A DNA stretch of 64,000 bases from contig NC_086101.1 of the NCBI RefSeq assembly GCF_963921235.1, positions 109,864,001 to 109,928,000 on the forward strand. The letters are read 5' to 3'. The notes beneath the pieces were generated by a model, which did no database searches, was not told the DNA's origin, and saw only the letters and a list, made by a program, of their open reading frames with translations. The number at the start of each line of letters is the position of its first letter. Position 1 is the first letter of the stretch. The DNA is from Mobula hypostoma (lineage: Eukaryota). A program made the position numbers and the translations under genes. This document shows, one piece after another, positions 34,922 through 48,215 of this stretch.

Positions 34922-35679
34922 TAAGTCTCTCTGCCATCAAGGACACATTCAAGAAGGCAGCATCTATAATTAAAGGCCCTCACTATCCAGGACATGTGCT
35001 TTTCATGCATCTACCATTATGGGAGCAGTACAGGAGCTTTAAGACCCTCACTTGATGTTTTAAGGACATCTTCTGCCCCTCTGCCATCAGATTTCTGAAC
35101 ACTCCATGAAAACTACCTTGGTATTTCTCTTCAGCACTAATCTCTGTAATTTATAGTAATATTACGTCTTTGCACTGACTGCTGCCACAAAACAATGAAT
35201 TTTGGTTCATAAGAATAAACCTTGAATTTGATTGTTAAGAGGATGCTGGGCAGAGGTTACATCTGTAGGTGAGTGATGACTTGGATGGTATCCTTTCGCA
35301 CCCTTCCAATTAAGGACATCTTCAAAGTTCAGAATAAACACACTCGAGTAAATGAATCTCAAGGTAGTATATAGTGACAAACATATGTGACCTATAAGAA
35401 CATATATGTCACCATATACTATACTACCCTGAGGTCCATTTTCTTGCAGGCATTCACAGAACAAGCAGATACAGAAAAACTACAAATACTGACAACCAAT
35501 GTGCAAAAGAAGACAATCTGCGCCAATATAATGATAAATAAGTAAATAACTAATACTAAAGAGTACGAGTTACGGAGTTCCGTAGGTTGTGGAACGTATT
35601 CAGAGTTGAGGTGAGTGAAGTGATCTACGTGGGTTTCAGGCCTCTGGTGGATGAAGGTTTCCTGAACTTGCAGCACCTA

Positions 35680-37050
35680 ATCACCAACATGGCGTGAAAC
35701 TTCAAATTTCGCGCCATATAGGTAGTGATGACGAAACTGATTTTGAACACTTCTCCTCCGAGTTTACCCTTGGACGAGATCGTGGGGGGTAGTGAGCTCC
35801 GGAATAACGACAGTGCTACTCCAGGAGTATTTTTACGTTACAAGGAGGTTTTGAAACTGTTAAATCGCTTGGTCCTTACCAGGTACAATAGAAGAAAGTT
35901 ACGGGAGAGAGCAACAGGGACTTTCACCCTCTGTTTCTCTCATTCCAGAGGTGCTAGCCGACCCACCAAGTTTTTCCAGCAAATTCTTCGGAGTTCATAT
36001 ATCCCACGTTTTACGGCTGTTAAACCCGAAACCTCATTTTGACTGGAAGTATAAAGCCACACGACCCATCCTGTCGGTTTCCACGCCTGCACAACAACCT
36101 CCCTAGCGCCCCAGACCATCCCGCTGTAACCCCTCTCACCAGAACCCAAACCCCAGAGTCAGATACCATGGATGGCGCAGCCGACCGCCACGGAAGCGTG
36201 AGACAGAAAGACACGCCGTTCCGCGAACTTCCGGCTTCTGGACTTCCAGCCAATAAACGACAGGTCACACAGGACCTCCCACTGGAGAATCTGCCATGCA
36301 CACTGTAATACTTCCTGTCAATCAGTAATGTGCACTTTTCATTCCTTCTGCCGTGTTGCAGATAACGGATCTCAAAGTACTTATGTCAGTAAAATACAAA
36401 CGCGTAATAAACTCCAAGACCTTGAGGTGCAGAAGTCTGCAGTCGAACACAATCTTTGGCCTGTCTCCTGGGCGGCTGTGAAAAGGCGGCACCGCGGCTT
36501 GAGCAAAACAAAATGCTGGAGGAACTCAGCAGGCCAGGCAGCATCTATTAGCCTTGGATTTCCAGCACCTGCAGATTTTCTCGAGTTTGTGATAGATGCT
36601 GACCTCAGTTGTTTTTTTTTCTCTCCATTCCTGCCGAAGGGTTTCGGCCCGAAACGTCGACTGTACTTTTTTTCCCCCTATTGATGCTGCCTGGCCTGCT
36701 GAGTTCCTCCAGCATTTTGTGTGTGTTGCTGAGATACCCAGCACCTGCAGATTTTCTCACTCTGCGCTCGCTACGACCGAGGCCATGTATCTTCCCCCGC
36801 CGATATCAGTGAATCGGACTTGCAGAATCTAAAATTAAAAATGTCAACAGTCTTGCGATCACAGGAAAAACAACTAAGACGATTGCTCGCTCGCTATAAG
36901 ACTGCACGCCTCCTTCGCGCACCGATTCCTCCGACGCATGTCGGTCGCAAGCGGCAGCACGATCCAAGTCCAGCTCCTTCCAGTTTTTTTCCGCTAACGA
37001 GCAACTCGCTGATGTGATACACTTTGAATTCTTAATGTCCAGCATTGTTC
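35680..37050. promoter_or_regulatory. CpG-enriched region around the 5' end of the minus-strand Ig gene
   Basis: CpG density is visibly higher than in the flanks. ETS-type motifs cggaag (36191), acttccgg (36227-36234) and acttcc (36242), CCAAT (36250-36254), YY1-like aacatggcg (35686-35694) and E2F-like tttcgcgc (35707-35714). Confidence 0.65.
36140..36169 (-). CDS. First coding exon (ATG) of the minus-strand Ig gene
   Basis: gcgccatccATG lies just downstream of the ETS/CCAAT cluster. Two phase-0 donors exist: ATG|gtatct (after 36167) and CTG|gtgaga (after 36140, giving MVSDSGVWVL). Either joins in frame to the leader exon at 18551. Confidence 0.65.
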
Positions 37051-40000
37051 TTGCGATCGGTAAAAAAAAATGTGTAAAAATGACAGTAATACCTAACACG
37101 AGAAAATCTGCAGATGCTGGAAATGTAAAGCAACACACGCAAAATGCTGGAGGAACTCAGCAGACCAGTCAGTATCTATAAAAAGGAGTAAATAAATAGT
37201 CGATGTTTTGTGCCGAGACGGTTCCTCGGGACACGTAGCTGTGTTGCATTCAGATGGGATGCTCTCCAGAAACCGATAGATTCACTAAGGTGCTGCCTGG
37301 TTTAGAGGGGAAGTTATCAGGAGAAGCTGAGCAAATTTGGGTTGTTTTCTCTGCAGGGACATTGGCTGATAGGTTTAATATTACCGGTAGGTAACGTGAA
37401 ATCTGTTAACTTTGCGGCAGCCGTACAATGCAATACATAATTATAGAGGAAAAAACGGAGTTACAGTGAGTATATATATTAAATAATTAAGTTCAATAAG
37501 TAATACAAAATATAGGAATAAAAAAGTAGTGAGGTAGTGTTCTTGGGTACAACGTCCATTCAGAAATCGGATGGCAGAGGAGAAGAAACTGATAGAAATT
37601 TATAAAATTATGGGAGCTTTAGATCGTATAGACAGTCCGAATCTTCCCCACCCCCGAGTAAAAATGACAAATACTAGAAAATTAGCATTTATGGCGAGGG
37701 GAGGGGGAATTTAATGGAGAAGTGCGGGGCAAGTTTTTTTTTAACGGAGGGTGGTGGAAACAGACACCACAGTGGTTTTTAAAAAGGTGCAGCAACTGGA
37801 GGAAAATGAGATTATATGGCAAAAGACAATTAATTTCAATTTTGATGCATATGACGGGCCAAAGGGCCTGTTCCTATGCTGTGTTACACACAAAGTGCGC
37901 TGCCGGAACTCGGGGGAATGAACATTCAGCGCTTCACGTCGAGACCCTTCGTCAGAACTGGAAGGGAAGAGGGAACGAGCCAGAATGAGAAGGAGAATGA
38001 GTACAAGCTGCCAGGTGAGAGGTGAGACTGGGAGGCGATAGGTGGAACTGCCTGGAGATAGGACTGCCTGGAGAAGGAGGAATCCGATCGAAGAGCTGAA
38101 TGGATCATGGGAGAAGGGGAAGGAGAAGGGGGACACAGGAGGTAGGCGATGGACCTGCGAGAAGTGAAGGGAGAGGGGGAAAAAGTTGCCAGGTTAGAAA
38201 AATCAATGTGTTTATACTGATCTAAGTTCTATATTCAGTAATACTCGTGACATCAGAAGAATAGCAGATGTTAATATTTCAGCTTATTTTATGGGAGCTG
38301 AGATATTAAATATGCTGCTCTCCGTTCAGAGACGCCCTGACCTGCAGATTTTAACAAGCGTTAATTCTGCATTTTCTGTTAACCATTTAGATAACACTCT
38401 AATCTCACAACATTTCTCTGCAAGAGCTTCACTTTCATCCACAACACTAAGTTAGCTCCTGCATACATCTACACGGTTCAGTAATCTCTCCGCCTATATA
38501 ATTGAAATATGCCAGTGGCTACATTTCATTAAGAGTTTGGAACGTCATTAAGAGGTATGGTATGTCGCCAAAATATCTTGCATATTTTTAGAAATGTACC
38601 ATAGAGAGCTTTGTGACTGCTTGCATCAGCGTCTGGTATGGAGACGCCAATCCACAAAAATCAGAAAAGGCTATGAGCTTTCTAAACTCGGCCAATTCCA
38701 TCATGGGCACGAGCCACCACAGCATCCAGGACTCCTCCAAAAGGTGGCCTCCATCATCAAAGACCCCCATCATCCAAGACATGTTCTCTTCTTACTGATA
38801 CCATCATGGAGGGGTAGAGGAGCCTGAAGACACACACTCATTCTTCCGCTCTGTCATCAGTTTTCTGAATGGACAATGAACCCATCAACACCACCTCAGA
38901 ATTTTTTTCCTTCTTTTTGCACTACTTACGAAATTAAATTTTCTTTTTTTGCATATCATCATTGTAACTTACAATTTTTATTACTATGTATTGGCATTTA
39001 CTGCTGCCTCAGAAAATCAAATTTCACAACGTATACCAGTAGTACTAAAACTAATTCTGATTCTGATTGATTCTAGCAAATTTCTACAGCTGTACGATGG
39101 AGATTCTAGCTTCTTACTTCACAATCCCCATAGAGAGACCACTGCACAAGATCAGAAAAAGCTTCACAGGTTTCTAAGCTCAGCCAGCTCCATTATGGGC
39201 ACTAACCTCCTCACCACCGAGGACATCCTCAAAAGGCAACGCCCCAAGAAGGTAGCATCCATCATGAAAGACCCCCACCATCTAGGACATGCCCGCTTCT
39301 CATTACTTGCATCAGGGAGGAGATACAGGAGCCCTAAGACATTAGGAACAGCTTCTTCCCCTCCTCCTTCCAATTTCTGAATGGTCCATGGACGCATGAA
39401 CACTACCTCACTACTTTGCTTTGCTTTTGGCATGACTTATTTTTGCATGGCAGGGTGGAGATGCATCTCTACCAAAGGAGGTGTAAGGCGCTCCTTCCCT
39501 CCGCTAGCCTGCAGGTCACCCTTGGGCAAGGTGTAGCACCTGCTCAGTGCCCCCCCCCCCCAATTAGGGCTACCTGAAGCCATAGGAGCAGGTGGTGAGG
39601 TGGTGGATGGCCGTATGAGCAGCTGGTGCTCATCACAAGTCCACTGATGCCAGGGAGACAATCTGAAGAGTATTGATAATAGCTGGGGTCACCCATCTTG
39701 TAAAGACACTGACCAGAAGAAGGCAATGGCAAACCACTTCTGTAGAAAAAAATTGCCAAGAACCATCATAGTCATAAGACCATGATCACCTATGTCATAT
39801 GACACGGCAGAAAATTGATGATGATAATTTTTTCCTACATAATCTTATTGTAATTTATAGTAATTTTTTATTACTATTTGTTACTACTTTTGCTGCAATG
39901 CAAAAGATTTATTGAGATGTGCCAGTGATAATAAACCTGATTCTGCAGAATTTGAAACGTTACTTCCAAAACAAGATTGATGTCATTTATAATAAAACCA

Positions 40001-40479
40001 GTGACTCAGAGCGCTCCACTAGAGCCATAGAGTCAGTGATTCAACGGCACAGAAACAGGCCCTTCAGCCCAACTCATCTATGCCAGCTACAGCATCCTTT
40101 CTGCTAGTCCAATGGCCCGATTTGGCCCAAAACTCTTCAAGCCCCTCTGTGTACCTATCCAGATGCCTCTTAAATGCTGCAATTGTACCCGCCTTGACCA
40201 CTTCCTCAGGCAGCTCAATCCAGGTACCCACTACCCTTTGTGTGAAGAAGCTGCTTCTCAGGTCTCATCCGACTTATCTGTGCCTTCCCCAACCCTGGGG
40301 AAAAGACTGACTAGCCACCTTATCCATACCCCTCATGATGTCATAGACTTCTATGAGGTCAGCTCTTGGCCTGCTAACATTAATTGCCCTTCCTCCAGTT
40401 AAAGCATATCACTCACCTGTATTCTCTGCTTCCTTTCCATTGCACAATAACCTACCCAAACTAACATAAGACTTATTTA

Positions 40480-40870
40480 CTTACTGCCAGTCACGCCCCT
40501 GGTGCTTCTGGCAGCAATGAAGACCCTTCATCTCTTGTGGTGTTCAGGGCTTCCTTCATCGTGACTATAGCTTCCTCTCGGTTTTCACTACTGTTAGTCA
40601 TGCAAGTCCTTGGTGGAGACTCAGGAATACCATCACACTCAGATGTAGGAAGACTCTTCATTACTGCTTCCATAATAATTTTTGTTTTACCAATCAGGGT
40701 TGTTAGCCATGAGCTGAACCCCCAGAACTGGAGGACCAGTGGACCACTTAATCTGGCCTCTACCCTTTGACCTGTTTGGCATGGGTGACCCTACCAAGAG
40801 CCAAATCATAAAGCCCTGGCTCCAGCTAACAAGCTCTCTGGATCATTGAGGCACGCAAGCTTCGAAGCCC
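40480..40870 (-). mobile_element. RTE-like non-autonomous element (5' UTR-like part joined to a 3' end)
   Basis: The minus strand has ctggtcctccag and ggggttcagctcatggctaacaaccct hairpins, a 3' end reading WRVFIAARSTRGV, and an (agta)n-like tail. Confidence 0.5.
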
Positions 40871-43599
40871 TTGTTGTAGTCTTCTTGGAGGATTACCATA
40901 GAACATGGGTGCAGAATTGTGCCATTCTGGTTACCGGATGTTGGAGAATTCATTCTTCATTCCATCGGGTTGTAGATCACTCTGGCAGAGTGAAACGGGA
41001 GCCACTGCCCAGCTCCCTCTGCAAGGCTGAGTGCATGTCCCTGTCTGTACCAATGGTGCTGATGTGGAGATGATACAGAACTTTGTAGTTCTTCGGTGTA
41101 AATATCACCAAATAATTTGCACTAGTCCAGGCACGTTGACTCTCTTGTGATGAAACCTCAACAGTGCTCCCACTTCCTCAGGAGAGCATAAGGACATAAA
41201 ATATAGGAGAAGAATTAGGCCATTCAGCTCATCAAGTCTGTTCTAGATCTATTTTCCCTCTCTAACCCATTCTCCAATCTTCTAATGTCCTTACTGACAC
41301 CTTTGATGTCCTTACTTTTCAAGAATCTATCAACAGCCACTGGAGGTAATGATTTGGCCTCCACAGCCATCTGTGGTAAGGAATACCTCTGATTCACCAC
41401 CCTCATGCTAAAGAAATTCCTCCTCATTTCTGATCTAAAGGAGCGTCCTACTCTGAGGCTGTGCTTCCTTGTCTTACACTCTCCTACTAGCGGAAACTTT
41501 ATCTCCCCACGCCCACTTTATCTAGGTTCTTCAATATTCAATGCAATTTCCCCAAACACCCATTCTTATAAACTTCAGTGAGTACAGACTCAGTGTCATT
41601 CAATGCTTTTCATACATTAATCCTTTAATTCCCGGGATCATTCTTGTCAACCTCCTCTGGACCCTCTCCAATGCCAACACATCCTTCCTTAGATACAGGG
41701 ATTAGGAGGGTAAAAAGTTCAGCAAGTCTTTGTTGACCTGCACCAATTTTTATCAATGCACCACAGAAAGCATCTTTTCGAAATGTATCACAGCTTGATA
41801 TGGCAACTATGCTGCCTAAGACCGCAAGAAATTGCTGAGAGTTGGGGATCATGACCACAAGAGATTCTGCAGATGCTAGAAATCCAAAGCAACACACAAA
41901 ATGCTGGAGGAACTCAGCAGGCAGCATCTTATGGAAAAGAGTAAACTGCTGACGTTTCAGGTCAAGACTCTCCATCAGGACTGGAAAGGAAGGGGAGAAG
42001 TCAGAGTGAAAAGGTGGGGAGAGCAGAGGAAGAAGTACAAGGTGGCAGGTGATAGGTGAAACTGGGAGAGGGGGTGCGGGTGAAGTAAAGAGCTGGGAAA
42101 TTGGTTGGTGAAAGAGATACAGGAGAAGGGGGGAATCTGATAAGAGAGGACAGGCCATGGAAGAAAGGGAAGGGGGAGAAGCACCAGAGGAAGGTGATGG
42201 GCAGCTAAGGAGCTAAGGTGAGTGAGGGAAACAGGAATGAGGAATGGTGAAGGAGAGGAAGTGGGGCCAATTAGCGGAAGTTCGAGAAATCGATGCAGAT
42301 GCTGGAAATGTAGAGCAACACGCTCAAAAACGCTGGAGGAACTCAGCAGGTCAGGAGCAATATTTCAAGCCGAAACCATGGAGAAGGCTGCCTGACTCTC
42401 TGAGTTCCTCCACCATTTTGCATGTATTACTCCAGAGACTTGTGGACACAACTCAGCACATCACAGAAACCAACCTTTCCACCACTGGCTCTGTCTACAC
42501 TTCCCACTGCCCCAGGAAAGCAGCCAACATAATCAAGGAACCCTCCTAGCCTTTGTTCTGAGAGAGAGAGAGAGCGAGAGAGAGAGAGAGAGAGAGAGAA
42601 ATCACCTTGCTCTCTAAATGCTGGTGCTCAAAGCAGTTGTTTATTTTAAACTGGAACTGATTTACAGAGTTTTAGCCCAAAGGGCGTGATTGCTATTACT
42701 GTCTGGTTTGGCGCAGCATCCTCGCACAATATACAGAAACGACAGCCAACAGTCAGGTCAGCAGGAAAGGTCATTGGCTGCAGTCTACCATCACTGCAGG
42801 ACTTGTCTGTGACCAGGACAAACAAGCGGGTGGAAAAATCAAGGCGAACTCTACCCACCCTGCAAACTGCCTTATCCAAAAGCTCACTTCTGAAAAGCGC
42901 GAGAGCATTGTTAAAACAAAAACTTCACGCCACCTTAAAAGCTTCTTGCCCCAGTCAGTCAATCTGATCGACCATCCTAGTTAACCCACTCCCCCTTCTG
43001 TCTATTACCCCCATCACCGCACTGCACTTTAAACCAGTTTTTTTTTAATGCCTTTTACATTGTAAATGGATGCTGGTATTTACATATTTGCGCCGACTGG
43101 TGGTATATTGATTTCCATACCGGGTTTCGAGGCGAGTGATCCCAGGTTTGGATCTGTCCGGCTCCTTGCACGCTCTCCATCCAGCATCGAGCTAGCAACT
43201 TGGCCTCATAAAAAACAAAATGCTAACGAAACTGCAAGGTTGCCACCCAATGCGTCACAAGGCTCGGGGAGGAACAATTTATGTATCTATGCACATTTTA
43301 TTCCATATCTGTACTTAGACCTCTAAATTTATATTTTATATAATTCTTTACTCTTTATGATAATGGAATTTTTTGTTGTTGCATGTCACACCAACACACT
43401 TCAGCAAATTTCCTGAATATGGCGGATAAAGCTGATCCTTGATTATACTGGAGAGGTTGCAGAGATTCACCAGGATGTTACCTTAGGATGAAACTCCTTA
43501 GCTATGAGGAGAGACTGGATAACTTAAAAAAAAACTTCAGAACTAGGAGCAGAATTAGATCATCTTTCCCATTAAGCTCATATCTGATCTGGCCGTGCA

Positions 43600-44810
43600 C
43601 TCAGTTTCACCAACCTGTCTTTTTCCCATAACACTTAATTCCCCTGCAATGCAAAAAATCTGTCTAACTGTGTCTTAAATACATTTAATGAGGAAGCCTC
43701 TACTGCTTCCCTGGGCAGAGAATTCCACAGATTCACGACTCTCTGGGAAAAGCAGTCTCTCCTCATCTGCATCCTAAATCTATTCTCCAGAATCTTGTGG
43801 CTATGTCCTCTAGTTACCAGTGGAAACAACTTTCCTGCTACTATCTTATCTATCATTTTCATAATGTATGTTTCTGTAAGTTCCCCTCTCATATTTCTGA
43901 CTTCCAGCAAGTATAGTCCCAGGGGACTCAATTTCTCCTCATAGGTTAACTCCTTCATCTCCGAAATTAATGTGGTGAATCTCCTCTGCAGTGCCTCCAC
44001 AGCCGTTATATCTTTCCTCAAGCAATGAGACCACAACTACCCAGTTCTCCAGGTGTGACCTTACCAATACCCTGTACATTGCAGCATAACCTCCCTGCTG
44101 TAAATTCAGTCCCTATACAATAAAGGCCAACATTCCATTTGCCTTCTTGCCAACCTATTGCACCTATAAACCAACTTTTTGCAATCTTTGCACAAGCACT
44201 CTCAAGTCCCTTGGCACAGCAGCATGCTGCAATCTTTCACCAATTAAATAATAATCTAATCCTCCATACCCCACTCTGGCCTTTTACGTCTTCTCAGCTC
44301 CCTTTTACTTTCCCCTGGGTCCCCTCCTCCTTCCCTTTCTCCTATTGTCCACACTCCTTTCCCATCAGATCTTTTCTTCTCCAGCCCTTGACCTTTCCTT
44401 CCTACCTGACCTCACCTAACACATTTCAGCTAGCCTCTTTCCCCTCCTCCCACCTTTTAATTCAGACATCTCCCCTCTTTCCACTCAGTCCTGACAAAGG
44501 GTCTTGGCCTGAAACATCAGCTGTTTATTCTTATCCATAGATGCTGCCTGACCTGCTGAGTTCCTCCAGCATTTTGTGTGTGTTCCTTTTAATTTTCTCG
44601 TGTTTGTAATCTAATCTTCTATTTTTCCTTTCAAAGTGGATGATCTCATATTTATCAGCATTGTACTCCATCTGCCAGACTCTTGTCCATTCACTTAACC
44701 TATCTATATCTCCCTGCTGACCTTCCTCATCCTCTGTACAATTTGATTTTCCACCTAATGTACTGTCATCAGCAAACTTAGATATGCTAAACTCAGTCCA
44801 AATCATTAAT
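43600..44810 (-). mobile_element. CR1 LINE 3' fragments (antisense), with a PLE 3' UTR fragment between them
   Basis: ORF 43635-44036 reads EALQRRFTTLI..LYLLEVRNMRGELTETY..FSQRVVNLWNSLP. ORF 44531-44806 reads SKFADDSTLGG..LSEW. Confidence 0.8.
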
Positions 44811-46574
44811 GTATATCATGAGTAGTTATGCTGTGTTTGTTTTCCTTGGAGCAGAGGTGGCTGAGGGGGGACTTGATAGAGGTGTATAAAAGTAGCATAT
44901 GTAGTAGGAAATAAAAATAGATGTTGGAAATTCTCACCATCAGGCAGCATTAATGGAAAAAAAGAACAGTCAAGATTTCAGGTATTAGAAGCTTTGCCCC
45001 TAAAATATCATCTGTTTCTCTCTCTACAGATGCCGTCTGACCTGCAGGGTTATTTCCAATCACAAACAAGAGAAAATTTGCAGATGCTGGGAATGCAAGA
45101 AACACACACAAAATGCTGGAGGAACTCAGCAGGTCAGGCAGCCAAGTTCAAGATCTAAAAATTCAAAGTAAATTTATTATCAAAGCACATGTGTATCAGC
45201 ACATGCAACTCTGACATTCGTTGTCTTGAGGCATAGTCAATAAAACCAGTCACCATAATAGAATCATTGGAAGACTGCACCAACAGGGTGGACGACCAGA
45301 GTGCAAAAGACAACAAGATGTTAAACAGAAAAGCAAAAAATAATAATAATAATAAATAATAAGCAATAACTGAGAACATGAGATGAAGAGTCCCTGAAAG
45401 TGAGTCCATAGCTTGAAGGAACAGGTCTGCGAAGGGGCAAGTGAAGTTAAGTGAGGTTATCGCCTCTGGTTCCAGACCCTGATGGTTGAGGGATAATAAC
45501 TGTTCCTGAACCTGGCGGTGCGAGTCCTGAGGATCCTGTACCTTCTCCCCGATGGTAGCAGCGAGCAGAGAGAGCATAACCTGCGTGATGGTGGCCCCCC
45601 GATGATGGATGGTGCTCTTTTGTAGGATTTTCCGTTCAAGGTCTAGTGTGCTGGGACCTCTGGTGCTACAGGGTATATGGTGATGCTAATTGGGCAGGGA
45701 TTTCTTCAAACAAGCCTGACTGAAAACTCTGACTACGATTTGAAATGAATCGGGGCAGAAGCTTCTTCCTTATCATGAAACACACACCCCCACGGTCTGC
45801 CTTTTCCAAATCAGCAGTTTTGTCCATTGTATGAAGAAAACTGTTTATTCCTCTCCGCAGTTGATGTCTACCCACAGATCCCCCATTGTTTTTTGTGTAT
45901 GTGTGTGTTCCCCTTATATATTTTGCATATTGCTCTAAACCCATGGCCTCTAATTTTCGACTCACCCAACCTGAGGGGAAAAAGCCTGCATGTATTTACC
46001 CTGATTATCCCCTTCATCTACATATGAGCGGTCTCTCTCTTTCCCTCTCACTCACTGATCCCAGAGTGAGATGATCTGTCTACGGTTGGATGGTTTCTCT
46101 CTCTCTCCCTTGATGCTGCCGGAGGATGGTGCCAGACTGCATGGGTTTTGGGCAAAGTTTAATTGACGTTGGCTGTGGAATAGACTCTGTAGTTCACGTT
46201 ATGCCGTGTTTCTGGTTTCTGGACACTCAGTTTTTTGTTGTTGCTGTGCTGGTGCTATTTTGATCGAGGCAGGCTAGTGCTGTGGCCTGCAGATAGCGAG
46301 AGACATGGCGCTGGATTGAACTGAACTGAGCTGAACAGAATATACCTGGACTCTTTCGATGTCTCTGTGATTTGCCGTTTTCTACTCTGTGTTTTTCACT
46401 CATTCTTTTTTCTTGCTGTGCATGCGATTTGTTCTTTCTTTTCGGCATTGGGAGTTTGATGTTTTTCTTTAAACGGGTTCCATGGTGTTTCTTTGTTTTG
46501 TGGCTGTCTGTGTGAAGACAAATCTCAGGGTTGTATACTGCATATGTATTTTGATAATAAATGTACTTTGAATC

Positions 46575-47340
46575 TTTGAACACCTTCCGGTTAGGAAAAA
46601 GGGAGGTGCAACGAGACCTGGGTGTCATTATACACCAGTCATTGAAAGTGGGCATGCAGGTACAGCAGGTGGTGAAAAAGGCGAATGGTATGCTGGCATT
46701 TACAGCAAGAGGATTCGAGTACAGGAGCAGGGAGGTACTACTGCAGTTGTACAAGGCCTTGGTGAGAACCACACCTGGAGTATAGTGTGCAGTTTTGGTT
46801 CCCTAATCTGAGGAAAGACATCCTTGCCATAGAGGGAGTACAAAGAAGGTTCACCAGATTGATTCCTGGGATGGTAGGACTTTCATATGATGAAAGACTG
46901 GATGAACTAGGCTTATACTCGTTGGAATTTAGAAGATTGAGGGGGGATCTGATTGAAACGTATAAAATCCTAAAGGGATTGGACAGGCTAGATGCAGGAA
47001 GATTGTTCCCGATGTTGAGGAAGTCCAGAACGAGAGCTCACAGTTTGAGGATAAAGGGGAAGCCTTTTAGGACCGAGATTAGGAAAAACTTCTTCACACA
47101 GAGAGTGGTGAATCTGTGGAATTCTCTGCCACAGGAAACAGTTGAGGCCAGTTCATTGGCTATATTTAAGAGGGAGTTAGATATGGCCCTTATGGCTAAA
47201 GGGATCAGGGGGTATGGAGGAAAGGCTGGTACAGGGTTCTGAGTTGGATGATCAGCCATGATCATACTGAATGGCGGTGCAGGCTCGAAGGGCCGAATGG
47301 CCTACTCCTGCACCTATTTTCTATGTTTCTATGCTTCTAT
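46575..47340 (+). mobile_element. Young 5'-truncated CR1 LINE
   Basis: QRDLGVIIHQSLKV...LYKALVR / QFWFPNLRKDILAIEGVQRRFTRLIPG...FFTQRVVNLWNSLP, with a complete 3' UTR and (ttctatg)n tail. Confidence 0.95.
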
Positions 47341-47666
47341 AAGATTCCCCTCCTCCTGCACCCCAAGGAATAAAATCCTAGCCTATTCAACCTTTCCCTA
47401 TAACTCAGGTCCTCAAGTCCTGATAACATCCTTGTAAATTTAGAGAGGGGATTTCAAGGAGAAATTTTTCACCCAGGGGGTTCTGGAACCCACTACTTAT
47501 TGCCTGAGGGATTAGTGGAGGCAAAGATGCTCCCAAAATTTAGGAAGTATTCTCATTGCCAAGGGATGGGAAGCTACAGAACAGGTGAATCAAACTCAGA
47601 TTTACTATCTCTGACTTATTGTATGTATCATGAAGTTTGTTGTTTTGCAGTCATAGTGCAAAGTTA

Positions 47667-48215
47667 GACTCAGTGGCCTCTTTATTAGGTGCACTTGTAC
47701 ACCTGCTCACTAATGCCAATCATGTGACAGCAAATCAACGTATAAAAGCACGCAGACATGGTCAAGAGGTTCAGTTGTTGTTCAGACCAAACATCAGAAT
47801 GGGGAAGAATTCTGATCTAATTGACTTTGTTCATGGAGTGATTGTTGGTGCCTGATAGGGTGATCTGAGCATCTCAGAAACTGCTGATCTCCTGGGATTT
47901 TCATGCACAACAGTCTCTAGAGTTTACAGAGAAGGGTGCAAAAAACAAAACGTTCTGGGACGGGCAGTTCCGGGGGTGGAAGCGACGTGTTAATGGGTAA
48001 GGTCAGAGGAGAATGGCCAGACTAGTTCAAGCTGACAGGAAGGTGACAGTAACTCAGATAACTATGTTACAGCAGTGGTGTGCAGAAGAGCATCTCTGAA
48101 CGCACAACACATTGAACCATGAAGTGGATGGGCTAAGCAGCAGAAGACCATGAACAAACACTCAGATATCACTTTATTAGGTACAGGAGGTCCCTTGTAA
48201 AATGGCCACTGAGTG
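47667..48215 (+). mobile_element. Non-autonomous Tc1/mariner element (second copy)
   Basis: TA-flanked, with TIRs gactcagtggcc / ggccactgagtg. Homologous to 735-1283. Confidence 0.85.

Noticed and set aside
36806-37138. 110-aa minus ORF with a hydrophobic stretch (AIVLVVFPVIARLLTFLIL) as the leader exon
   Set aside because: It starts in a PLE terminus and ends in a stop without a donor; a better leader with matching phases exists at 18482-18551.
40690-40750. HDV-like ribozyme in the RTE-like 5' region
   Set aside because: Only two simple hairpins are supportable; the nested double pseudoknot could not be assembled by hand.
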